Virus record (IMG/VR): IMGVR_UViG_3300029705_000062
Strand: one strand, 5' to 3'
DNA from: a virus
Length of the DNA stretch: 64,000 bases
Shown here piece by piece: positions 9,661-18,741 of the stretch (the stretch's first letter is position 1; each line of letters opens with the position of its first letter). Made by a program: the position numbers and the translations under genes. The notes under the pieces were generated by a model, which saw only the letters and a program-made list of their open reading frames with translations, made no database searches and was not told the origin of the DNA.

Positions 9661-9907
9661 GAAAATTGTTAATTAAAAAATGGGTAAATAGGTTGCACTA
9701 AGTTTTTTAGAGTATGTTAGATAAAAAAATCTTAGATTTGATCGGAGTTGAACATAAAGCTGTCAAAGAGATTGGCAGAGTATAAGACTGTATACAGTTT
9801 TGGATGGGGCTTTCAACCTTTGATATTTTAAAATAGTTTAATATATTTTTAACTTTTGAAAATTATGGTATAATAATTGTGGGTAGGGTATCTCAGGGGG
9901 AAGTAAA

Positions 9908-11275
9908 GTGATACCGAATAATAATTTTTATGGAAAAAAAAGTGGAAAAACAATAAGGGATTTTACTGTTGACTTAGATTATAAACTTGAAACAGTTGAG
10001 GATAGAATAGAATTTCTAAACAACAGATTAGAAATTTCAAGGGTTGGAGATGTTGAGTTTGCTCATGATTTCTTTGTAGAATTATTTGACCAAACTTTTG
10101 ATGTTATTTTAGATAAGGATGGAATTTACTGGGTTGAAGAAGAACAGAGATATATGAATTGCTCTGAGTTTATATCTTGGTCTAGTAAAAATAATGTAAA
10201 TATTAATAAGTATCTAGATATACATACAGCATTTGATGAAATAGAGTATGAAGATGAATTACAAGAAAAAGGTTATTGGAACTACAGTAATGTAAATACA
10301 AGTAGTGTTAAATTACTTTTAAATTCAACGGATGCTCAATACAGTGAAAGTAATATAGCTAATGAACTTACAAAGTTAGCAGATTATATACTTGCAAAAG
10401 ACAAAAAAGAAAGCAAAGAAAAGATAAAAATATATAGTGAGGAAGACTTTAAGAAAAGACTACATGCAGAAAAAAACAAACTTGAGCCTTTAGAAAGAGT
10501 TAATGGAGATGAGTTTGTAATATTAAAAAAAGTTGAGAATTATAGATTAGCTCCTAAAATGACTATAAATAAATCTGATTATAAATTGCCTCTTATATAC
10601 AGAGGAACTTATGAAGATTATTTAGAGCATTGGAGAACTCATCAATATAAAAAAGTTTATTTAGATGGTAAATATAAAAAAGTTTATTTAGATAAGAGTG
10701 AAATAACTAATATAGCTCCGAGTGTTTGCATGACAGAGTTCCAATGGAATAAAGGTAAGAAAAATATGTTAGATAAGATTAAGCTTTTATCTGATGCTGA
10801 AGAAAATAAATCAGCTTTAAGAAATGAGCAAGATGGATGTAGGATAAGAGGTAATTCAGTTAAAAAAGTAGTTAATAATATTGGAGATATAAATGAATAT
10901 ATGAAATCTGTAAAAACATCTTATCATAATTATGTGTGCATAAAACCTGATAAATGTCCTGCAACAGTAGATATTCTAAATATGATTGATTACTCAAATG
11001 AAAAACATATATTAGGTCTAATTGGATTTCAAGGCTCAAAAAATGATTTGCAAAATGATATGGCTATACTTTTATATGATGTGGACAATGCCATAAAAAA
11101 AGCCAGTGAATTAGGTTTAATTGATACTACTGATTTAGGAATTATATTGCTTTTAAGAAAGGGTGTGTCTAAAGAGGATATATCCAAGAAAAAAAATCTT
11201 AGTAGGATGACAGTTCATAGAAGGTTGAAAAAAATCACTCTTTCAGTTATAGATATATTAAAAGGCAAAAAATAA
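9908..11275 (+). CDS. Putative transcriptional regulator with a C-terminal sigma-70 region-4-like HTH, 455 aa (GTG start)
   Basis: C-terminus LLLRKGVSKEDISKKKNLSRMTVHRRLKKI is HTH-like. Lies just upstream of the packaging genes. Function is inferred. Confidence 0.45.
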   Translation: MIPNNNFYGKKSGKTIRDFTVDLDYKLETVEDRIEFLNNRLEISRVGDVEFAHDFFVELFDQTFDVILDKDGIYWVEEEQRYMNCSEFISWSSKNNVNINKYLDIHTAFDEIEYEDELQEKGYWNYSNVNTSSVKLLLNSTDAQYSESNIANELTKLADYILAKDKKESKEKIKIYSEEDFKKRLHAEKNKLEPLERVNGDEFVILKKVENYRLAPKMTINKSDYKLPLIYRGTYEDYLEHWRTHQYKKVYLDGKYKKVYLDKSEITNIAPSVCMTEFQWNKGKKNMLDKIKLLSDAEENKSALRNEQDGCRIRGNSVKKVVNNIGDINEYMKSVKTSYHNYVCIKPDKCPATVDILNMIDYSNEKHILGLIGFQGSKNDLQNDMAILLYDVDNAIKKASELGLIDTTDLGIILLLRKGVSKEDISKKKNLSRMTVHRRLKKITLSVIDILKGKK

Positions 11276-11370
11276 ATTTTAAAAAACTATGTTACATTTT
11301 TAATTCTTCACTTCCAATATATATATGTAGGGCAAATGAATATGCTCAAATAAAATATATAGATAAAAGG

Positions 11371-11679
11371 ATGAGAGAGAATATGAAATACATAGATTTT
11401 GTAAAAGAAATATCAGCACAATCAAAAGAAACAGAAAGACCTTTAGCTCAAGATGATGTTAAAGTATGTTTTGATTTAGCTAGAGAAGTTATAATAGATT
11501 TATTAAAAGCAGGAGATCAATTAGTTATAAGAGATTTCTTAAAGTTTGAAACTAAAGTTCAAAAAGGTAGAACTATAAATGCAGTCAACTCTAATAAGAA
11601 AGTTGAAATACCTGATACTGTAGTTGCTAAAGTATCTTTAAGTGAAAACTTCAAAAAAGAAGTTAAAAAAGTTTGTTAA
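11371..11679 (+). CDS. HU/IHF-family DNA-binding protein (alternative start ATG 11383)
   Basis: MKYIDFVKEIS...V.I.DFLKFETKVQKGRTINAVNSNKKVEIPDTVVAKVSLSENFKKEV follows the HU pattern (..gfG.F....r.aR.g.NP.t.e...i......v.F). Confidence 0.7.
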   Translation: MRENMKYIDFVKEISAQSKETERPLAQDDVKVCFDLAREVIIDLLKAGDQLVIRDFLKFETKVQKGRTINAVNSNKKVEIPDTVVAKVSLSENFKKEVKKVC

Positions 11680-11791
11680 TAAATAATTTTATTGTTGCAT
11701 AAAAATATATAAAAAGGCTATAATATTAGTAAGGATAATATTTTATATATTATTCACTAATCCTTTTTAAAATTTTTTTGCTAATATTGAT

Positions 11792-11820
11792 AAACACCTT
11801 TTCAGGTGTTTATTTTTTTT
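11792..11820 (+). terminator. Rho-independent terminator
   Basis: AAACACCT TTTC AGGTGTTT followed by a T-run of 8. Confidence 0.75.
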
Positions 11821-11833
11821 GGAGGAAAAGGAT

Positions 11834-12025
11834 ATGGCTAAGAAATCATTTTCGATATCATTTTCAAAATGTGAATTATACTTTGAAGAAAATGATGTTG
11901 TTGTAATAGAGAGAACAAAAGAAGAAGAAAAGACATATAACTTTTTAGAGGTTTTAAAAAGTCTTGAAGGTATAGAAGGATTAAGTATAAAAATATCTCA
12001 TGACAATGAACTTCCTACAGAGTAG
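11834..12025 (+). CDS. Small hypothetical protein (63 aa from the ATG at 11834)
   Basis: GGAGGAAAAGG RBS. The upstream part of the tracked ORF lies in the terminator T-run. Confidence 0.45.
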   Translation: MAKKSFSISFSKCELYFEENDVVVIERTKEEEKTYNFLEVLKSLEGIEGLSIKISHDNELPTE

Positions 12026-12142
12026 ACCTTCTTTATAGCTCTAGTTTTATTTAACTAGAGTTTTATAAGGGGGTTTACCCCTTCAATCTCTCACTCTTTT
12101 TAAGGGTAGGTAACTACCCTTATTTTTAAAAGAGGTGATTTT

Positions 12143-13039
12143 ATGGCTAAAAATCAAAAATGTTCTTGTTGTGGAAATTTAAAAAGCACAGTTACAGGTT
12201 ACTATATATCATACTCTCCTATGTGTGCATCTAATGATAAGAGAATGAACATATGTAAGGATTGTGTAATTGATATATATGAAAGATATGTTGATTTTTA
12301 TGGTGATGAAGTAAAGGCTTTATATAGAATTACATTATTATTTGATGGATACTTTAGCTCTTCCTTGGTTGATGTTTTAATGGCTCAAGCTAAGAAGACT
12401 AATACAAGTTTAGTTAGAGTATATTTTCAAAAGGTTAATTCTATGCCACAATTCAAGGGCAAAACAAGTTTAGATAGTGAATTTATGTCTTTAGAAGATG
12501 GATCAATCTATTCAGATGTAAGTTCAAGCGAAGAAGAAAATAATGTTGAAGTTGAAGATGATTTTATGGTTACTTCTGAAATGGTGAGAAGATGGGGTAG
12601 AGGTCTTCCAAAAGATGATTATGCTTATTTGGAAGAAAAATACCAAGAGCTAGTAGCAGTATATGACCATAGAAATCCTGTTCAACGTATGTTATATGAA
12701 AATATTTCTAGAACTCAATTAGAAGCAGAAAAAAGTAGAAGGTCAGGAAACTTACAAATGTATGAAAAAATGATGTCTACTTTATCTAAGTTAATGGGGG
12801 ATGGAAATATAAAACCTGTCCAAGAAAATACTGTGTCTGATGATGAAGCAAGTTTTGGTTTATTTATCAAGAAGATAGAAGATGAAGAGCCAATACCTGA
12901 GCCATTGGATGAATTTAAAGATGTAGATGGTTTCCGAAAGTATATCAATGAATGGTTTGTAAAACCTTTCGCTAGAATATTTGATTTAGATATGGAGAAC
13001 ACTACAAAGGAAGAAGAAGTTTATGAAGACGAAAACTAG
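12143..13039 (+). CDS. Putative terminase small subunit (position-based), N-terminal CxxC...CxxC zinc-ribbon-like
   Basis: Immediately upstream of terL and overlapping its start by 17 nt. Acidic C-terminal half. No motif-level proof. Confidence 0.4.
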   Translation: MAKNQKCSCCGNLKSTVTGYYISYSPMCASNDKRMNICKDCVIDIYERYVDFYGDEVKALYRITLLFDGYFSSSLVDVLMAQAKKTNTSLVRVYFQKVNSMPQFKGKTSLDSEFMSLEDGSIYSDVSSSEEENNVEVEDDFMVTSEMVRRWGRGLPKDDYAYLEEKYQELVAVYDHRNPVQRMLYENISRTQLEAEKSRRSGNLQMYEKMMSTLSKLMGDGNIKPVQENTVSDDEASFGLFIKKIEDEEPIPEPLDEFKDVDGFRKYINEWFVKPFARIFDLDMENTTKEEEVYEDEN

Positions 13040-13493
13040 GAAACGTAAAAGAGGTCTTCAACAGGACAGAGTTAATTTTAATGATGGAGTAAAGCTGTGG
13101 TGTGGTTTTTATAGAGAGCATATCCACAGATTTGCGGTAGATTATCTGCAATTACCACTATTTGGGTTTCAGATGATTCTACTATATATGATGAATATTA
13201 ACAATTTTTTCTATTTTTCTGCGAGTAGGGGCTTGGGAAAATCCTACTTAACATCTATATTTTGTTGTTGTAGATGTATTCTGTATCCTAACACAAAGAT
13301 TATAGTAGCGAGTGGAACTAAATCTCAGGCTAGGTTATTAATATCACAGAAGATAGAAAAAGAGTTGATGGGTATGTCTCCAAATTTAAGAAGGGAGATA
13401 GCCTATGTAAAAGTTGGGGCAAATGATGCCTTAGTAAAATTTAAAAATGGTTCAACAATAGAAGCAGTTGCATCTTCAGATAGTGCAAGAGGT
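13023..13493 (+). CDS. terL: Terminase large subunit, exon 1 (Walker A)
   Basis: SASRGLGKSY Walker A. The ORF stops 2 codons after ...SSDSARG. The frame continues in exon 2. Confidence 0.8.
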
Positions 13494-13769
13494 TATTAAA
13501 GATAGCCGTCTTAAATAGAAATATTTAAGATTATCAGAGGGTAAAATCGGAGAAAGCCTAAGTTAGAAGTAATATGGTAACACCGAGGTAATCAGGGAAA
13601 TTAAAGCATCCTTGACACCGTAGAGAGTAGATAGTGAAACTGCAAATGTAGAATATAATCTATCCACGAGTGTCCTCCACCTGACCATTAAGTTGAAGGT
13701 GAAAATATACTCCAAACTCATAAGAAATTATGAGAGCTGTAGATAAAGAGCTACAGGTTAATACAAATG
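13494..13769 (+). mobile_element. Group I-like intron 1 in terL (276 nt, no ORF)
   Basis: The upstream exon ends in T and the intron ends in G. Core blocks (GGGTAAAATCGG, AGCCTAAGT, GGTAACACCGAGGTAA, GAAACT, TAGAATATAAT) are shared with three other inserts. Removal fuses ARG to YRCNILILDE. Confidence 0.65.
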
Positions 13770-13834
13770 TATCGTTGCAATATTTTGATTTTAGATGAGT
13801 GTAGACTTATAAGTCAACATGTGCTTAACTCGAT
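13770..13834 (+). CDS. terL: Terminase large subunit, exon 2 (Walker B, 65 nt)
   Basis: Encodes YRCNILILDECRLISQHVLNS(I), an hhhhDE Walker B motif. Confidence 0.7.
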
Positions 13835-15274
13835 AAAAATGCATATTTGAGTTTTTGAGTGTAGTGTGATAACATTATTTTATGGAGGTGTTATCATGGA
13901 AGATAAATACTCAGAAAGTGAAAAACAATTTGTAATAGAGAATTACAATAAGATGACTAAAAAAGAGATTGCTAGATGTATTGGAAGAAGCGAATCATCT
14001 GTAAAAACTTTTGGAAAAAGAAATGGACTATGTAGACAATCGTCTAAAAAATGGACAGATGATGAAATAGAATTTTTAAAAAATAATTATATGAATATGA
14101 CACAGCAAGAGATGGCAAATGAACTTGGAAGAGGATATACAGCTATAAGAACAAAGTGTAGTTTGCTAGGTTTAGTTAAATTAGATTTAAGTTGGTCTGA
14201 TTCACATTCAGAGTTTTTGAAGAGTAACTATAAGAATATGACAGCCACTGAAATATCTAAAATATTAAATTGCAAAGTGTCAATGGTAAGAAACAAAGCC
14301 TTTGATATGGGACTCTTAAAAGATAGGTACACTATTGATAAAAAATTTTTTAAGTTTATAGATACAGAGGAAAAAGCCTATTGGTTAGGTTTTTTATATG
14401 CAGATGGTTGTGTAAGGAAATTTAAAGGAAAAAGCCAGTTATGTGTTGGTTTAAATGAAAGAGATATAAATCATTTGAAAAAACTAAAAAAATCTTTAAA
14501 ATCAAATGCTCCTATTTCAAAGAGAAGGAAAGATAATGCAGTTACCTTGACTATAAATTGCACTGAACTTGCAGAAGATTTAATTTCATTAGGTTGCATA
14601 CCTAGAAAAACATATAGTGAACTTTCCATACCATTGAATATACCACAAGATTTAAAACGACATTTTATAAGAGGTTTTGTTGATGGTGATGGGTGGATTA
14701 TAAATGGAGAGTACAATGGTTTTGATAGGGTTGGTATAGGTGTTGTATCTCTCAAAAAAAATATTCTATTAGATTTTAGAAAAGAATTTGAGAAACTTGA
14801 TTTACAAAGCAAAAATAAAAAATTAATATATGATAAATCAAGTAACACTTATAAGATAACTTATGCATCAAAAATAGATTCACATAAAATTTTAAATTAT
14901 TTATATAATAATTCAACAATATATCTTGATAGAAAGTATGAAAAAGCTCAAAAAGTAATGCAAAGATGTCGCACCACATCAACATCCATAGGAGATGTGG
15001 TTGAAAAGAGGGGAAAATCGGTCATAACTGAATAAATAAAATAAGTTGGTAAGAGAGCCTAAGTCCTAATGGGATATGGTAATACCGAGATAATCATGGA
15101 AAGTAAAAGTTCCATGACATTGTAGAGCATACAGGATGAAACTACAGTAGTAGAATATAATTCCTGCAAGAGTCTCCTTAAACTGTATGGATATAATAAA
15201 GTTTATAATATATGCCGAACTTATGGGAAACCATAAGAACTAGAGGATAAAAAGCCTTTAGGATAACATAATTG
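13835..15274 (+). mobile_element. Group I-like intron 2 in terL (1440 nt) carrying a LAGLIDADG endonuclease gene
   Basis: T before the 5' junction, G at the 3' end. Same core family downstream of the ORF. Removal gives ...VLNSI-LRPFLTVV. Confidence 0.65.
13896..15035 (+). CDS. Double-motif LAGLIDADG homing endonuclease with three N-terminal HTH-like repeats
   Basis: YWLGFLYADGCV and FIRGFVDGDGWI motifs. Three roughly 50-aa repeats (MTKKEIARCIGRSESSV / MTQQEMANELGRGYTAI / MTATEISKILNCKVSMV). GGAGGTG RBS before ATG 13896. Confidence 0.85.
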   Translation: MEDKYSESEKQFVIENYNKMTKKEIARCIGRSESSVKTFGKRNGLCRQSSKKWTDDEIEFLKNNYMNMTQQEMANELGRGYTAIRTKCSLLGLVKLDLSWSDSHSEFLKSNYKNMTATEISKILNCKVSMVRNKAFDMGLLKDRYTIDKKFFKFIDTEEKAYWLGFLYADGCVRKFKGKSQLCVGLNERDINHLKKLKKSLKSNAPISKRRKDNAVTLTINCTELAEDLISLGCIPRKTYSELSIPLNIPQDLKRHFIRGFVDGDGWIINGEYNGFDRVGIGVVSLKKNILLDFRKEFEKLDLQSKNKKLIYDKSSNTYKITYASKIDSHKILNYLYNNSTIYLDRKYEKAQKVMQRCRTTSTSIGDVVEKRGKSVITE

Positions 15275-15384
15275 ATTAAGACCATTTTTAACTGTTGTTC
15301 GTAGACCTAAGTTTTACGATAAACCACAATATAAAGATTATCCTCTTGAGGAGAATAAGGAGTTATACTTAACAAGTGCATGGT
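15275..15384 (+). CDS. terL: Terminase large subunit, exon 3 (110 nt)
   Basis: Encodes (I)LRPFLTVVRRPKFYDKPQYKDYPLEENKELYLTSAW(Y). The frame is consistent with the neighbouring exons. Confidence 0.65.
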
Positions 15385-15744
15385 AGTTAAAAATTGCCTA
15401 GTATCAAGTAAATTATGGGTGCTTGATACTGTAATTGGGCTAAATCGGTGCAGTTATGCATAGTTTTAATGATATCTGCATATCATTAAAATAAGAGAAG
15501 CTAAGTTTTATATAGTTCAAATTTATATAAAATATGCTAATACCGAGCTAACTAAAAAGGTAAAATCTTTTTAGAAGTGTAGAGCATAGTGGTTGAAACT
15601 ATACTTTTATATAAAAGCATAGAATATAAAACCACCAAGAGAGTCCAATCGTTGCCATAAATGACAAAGAGACGAAAAATATATGCCGACCTTATGGGAA
15701 ACCATAAGAACTAGAGGATAAAAAGCCTTTAGGATAACAATGTG
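15385..15744 (+). mobile_element. Group I-like intron 3 in terL (360 nt, no ORF)
   Basis: T/G junction rule satisfied. The 61-nt 3' end (15679-15739) matches intron 2 (15208-15268) with one mismatch. Confidence 0.65.
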
Positions 15745-16313
15745 ATAAAGAACATCATTCATATGATAAATTCGTTTCATTTAAAAATGATATGTGTAGA
15801 GGTAAAGATTATTTTTGTTGTGCTTTTCCATATCAATTAGCAGTTAAACATGGATTGCTTACTCAGTCTAGGGTTGAAGCCATAAGAAATGAAGAGGATA
15901 TGAATGAGATAACTTGGTTAATGGAAATGGAATCCATTTGGTATGGTGAGAGTATGAATGCTTTCTTTAAGTCCGCAGAGATAAATCCTTGCAGGACTAT
16001 GAAAAAAGCATGGAATCCACCAACTCCAATAGAGTATCTTCAAGAGAAAGATAAAACAAAGAAAAAATACTATCTACCTAAAGTGGGTGGAGAGAAAAGA
16101 ATAATAAGTGCCGATATATCAGTTATGGGAGGATCAGCAAATGATGCTTCCATTTTTACGTTGATACGATTAATCCCACAACATGAGGAATATATAAGAC
16201 ATGTTGTTTATATAGAATCTCATGAAGGTGGGAAGTCAGATAAACAGGCACTAAGACTTAAGCAATTATTTTACGATTTTCAAGCTGATTATATTGCACT
16301 CGATACACAGGGT
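15745..16313 (+). CDS. terL: Terminase large subunit, exon 4
   Basis: ...SAW-Y-KEHHSYDKF... through ...ADYIALDTQG. The tracked ORF 15792..16361 reads on into the intron. Confidence 0.75.
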
Positions 16314-16567
16314 AGGGAACTGCCCCTTACATTAGAAATAGTGTATAGAAAATTGGGTTAAAATTGGGAAGCTAAGGGTTTTTATCTATGCTAATCAATT
16401 ACCAATCTACATAGGGATATGTAGAAGGTTTAGAGACTAGGAGAAGTAATCTAGAACAGAAGAAACTCCCATGAAATCCAACATCTTAACTTATGAAGAT
16501 GAAGAGATAGTCCCACACTCTTATGAAAATAAGAGTTCTAGGATAAAGAGCCTAGATACAAGAGCTG
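16314..16567 (+). mobile_element. Group I-like intron 4 in terL (254 nt, second subfamily)
   Basis: Contains AAGAGATAGTCC (16502-16513), which resembles the canonical group I J8/7-P7 AAGAUAUAGUC element. Ends in ...CTG. The exact 3' junction is less certain. Confidence 0.55.
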
Positions 16568-17083
16568 AGTGGAATTGGTGTCTATGATGCCATAACTAAA
16601 GTACAATATGATGAAGACAGAGATGAAGAATATGAGAGCTTTAGAGCATTTAATGATGAAAAGATGAGTGAGAGAGCAGATAAAACTGCACTGCCAGTCA
16701 TATTCTCAATCAAAGTAGTTAAGCTTGATACAAACCATGAAATTGCAATGTCTTTAAAAGATGCATTCCAAAAAAGAAAAATAAAGCTGTTAATTAATGA
16801 GATAGAGGGAAGGGACTTCTTAGTTGAAAAACAAAATATGTTGAAGAAATCTCCTGAAGAACAGGCTTATATGATAAAGCCTTATGCTCAAACTACAGCT
16901 ATGATAAATGAGCTGATAAACCTTGATTCTCAAATTTATAATGGATTTATAAGAATAAGAGAAAGAGGTAGAAACCGTAAGGATAGATACAGTTCTCTAT
17001 CTTATGGAAATTATTTAGCTAAAATTCTCGAAAGAGATTTAAAGAAAACTAAGAAAAAAACTAAATTTATAAGTTTATGGTAG
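16568..17083 (+). CDS. terL: Terminase large subunit, exon 5 (nuclease domain C-terminus)
   Basis: Open frame SGIGVYDAITK... from 16568 continuing into tracked ORF 16664..17083. The five exons total 1731 nt, about 576 aa. Confidence 0.7.
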   Translation, partial: SGIGVYDAITKVQYDEDRDEEYESFRAFNDEKMSERADKTALPVIFSIKVVKLDTNHEIAMSLKDAFQKRKIKLLINEIEGRDFLVEKQNMLKKSPEEQAYMIKPYAQTTAMINELINLDSQIYNGFIRIRERGRNRKDRYSSLSYGNYLAKILERDLKKTKKKTKFISLW

Positions 17084-18526
17084 GTGGAAATGATGTCTGA
17101 AAAAGAAGTTAATTACAAAGCTCAACGTTTTGCAAAAGATAGTGTTTCATACTCTACACCTTCAGTAAAAACTCCTAAAAAGTATACTAAGCAAAATATA
17201 TTATCTTATTTAGAATCTCCTTTTAAAAATAGTAATTCACTGCAAGAAGTGTCTGCCTATATCAGGTATAATAATGGAGTTTATAACAGATTAATAAAAT
17301 ATTTTGCTAATATGCCTACATTTGACTGTATGTTGTATCCTTTAGAAGTTGATAGTAAAAAATCAACATCAGGAGAAAAGTTAATGAAGTCCTACCAAGA
17401 AACTGCCAAGTATGTAGAAAGATTAAATCCAAAATATAATCTAGGTTGGATGATAGACCGTCTACTTCAAGATGGAGAACTATACCTTTATAAAATAGAA
17501 GATAGCCAATCTGTAGTCTATAAGCAAATGCCAACAGATTTATGCAGGATTTCCTCTGTAGAAGACAATGTATGTAAATATGCTATAGATATAAGAAAAC
17601 TTAATACTAAGTCTATTTATGAAACAATGCCTGAAGAATTACAGAAACTTTCTGATAAATATCAAACTGGTGGTATAAAAGCAGAAGAATTAATAGATAA
17701 TGGTTGGTATGAATTACAGGAAAATGCTGTGGCTTTTAATGCCATATCACAATTTTTACCTAAAGGATTTCCACCATTTTCATATCTTTTTGATGGATTA
17801 ATGCACTTAGATGAAATGAAACAACTTCAATTCAACAGTGCTAATGCAAACAATTTAAAAATAATACATCAAAAAGTACCTATTGATGCAGATGGGGAGC
17901 TATTAATCGACTATGAATTGGTAGAGGAGTATCACAAAAGTACCAAAAGAAACTTGCCTGATGGCATAGCAATAACAACTAACCCACTTGATTTACAATC
18001 TGTAACCTTATCTAGAACTGGTGCAGAAGCTATAAATCAGAGAAATGATGCATTAGAAAGTTTACTTAATGATGCAGGTGTCAATTCTGAAATATTTAAT
18101 GGTGCAAAGTCTACAAATGAGGCTATTGCAATGGGAGTAAAGGTTGATGAAATGTTTATAAATAACATATTATCAATGTTTGAAAACTTCCTAAACTATG
18201 AAATAGCTCAAAATAAGAAAACAAGTTCTTGGAGGGTTAAACTGTTTAATTCAACTTACTTCTCAAGAGATGAATATATCAAAAGAAGTAGAGAGAATTT
18301 ACAGTATGGTGGTTCAAGATTAGAATATTTAGCAGTACAAGGCTTTAGTCCACTACAAGGCTACAATGTCTTAAAAGGTGAACAGGCACTTGGAATAGAT
18401 AAAATTCTAATACCACAGCAAACATCTCATACAATTAGCAGTACTTCTAGTGAAAATAATGGAAGACCTTCAAAAGAAGATACTGACAATACAGGAAGTG
18501 TTGCAAAAACACCTGAAAATCAATAA
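17084..18526 (+). CDS. Portal protein
   Basis: 480-aa ORF directly after terL, which is the canonical position and size. Confidence 0.7.
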   Translation: MEMMSEKEVNYKAQRFAKDSVSYSTPSVKTPKKYTKQNILSYLESPFKNSNSLQEVSAYIRYNNGVYNRLIKYFANMPTFDCMLYPLEVDSKKSTSGEKLMKSYQETAKYVERLNPKYNLGWMIDRLLQDGELYLYKIEDSQSVVYKQMPTDLCRISSVEDNVCKYAIDIRKLNTKSIYETMPEELQKLSDKYQTGGIKAEELIDNGWYELQENAVAFNAISQFLPKGFPPFSYLFDGLMHLDEMKQLQFNSANANNLKIIHQKVPIDADGELLIDYELVEEYHKSTKRNLPDGIAITTNPLDLQSVTLSRTGAEAINQRNDALESLLNDAGVNSEIFNGAKSTNEAIAMGVKVDEMFINNILSMFENFLNYEIAQNKKTSSWRVKLFNSTYFSRDEYIKRSRENLQYGGSRLEYLAVQGFSPLQGYNVLKGEQALGIDKILIPQQTSHTISSTSSENNGRPSKEDTDNTGSVAKTPENQ

Positions 18527-18540
18527 AGGAGTGATGTAAA

Positions 18541-18738
18541 ATGACTAACTTTATATATGCTTTTTCAGAGGAAGATAGAGATGAGTTGCTAAAACAAGGT
18601 ATGAAACAAATATGTGAAATGCCTATAAGTGGGAAAATTACATATGTATTTGAAAATAAACCTGATAAGGTATTTTTTAATGAAAATAATAAGAAGAAAT
18701 TCTTATTCACAAATAAAGTATTTTTTAACAGGGGGTAG
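18541..18738 (+). CDS. Small hypothetical protein, 65 aa
   Basis: ORF with an AAGGAGTGATG RBS, between the portal and protease/scaffold genes. Confidence 0.5.
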   Translation: MTNFIYAFSEEDRDELLKQGMKQICEMPISGKITYVFENKPDKVFFNENNKKKFLFTNKVFFNRG

Positions 18739-18741
18739 TAT

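Noticed and set aside
15792-16361. C-terminal 16 aa (RELPLTLEIVYRKLG) of the tracked ORF, and the tail of 32506..32694 (FWRSM)
   Set aside because: These are read-through into intron sequence. The exons are predicted to end at 16313 and 32672.
13023-17083. terL fragments interpreted as a decayed pseudogene
   Set aside because: All five pieces rejoin in a single frame at T|...G| junctions and restore Walker A, Walker B and nuclease-domain motifs. The inserts share conserved cores, and one encodes an intact LAGLIDADG gene. This supports introns rather than decay.
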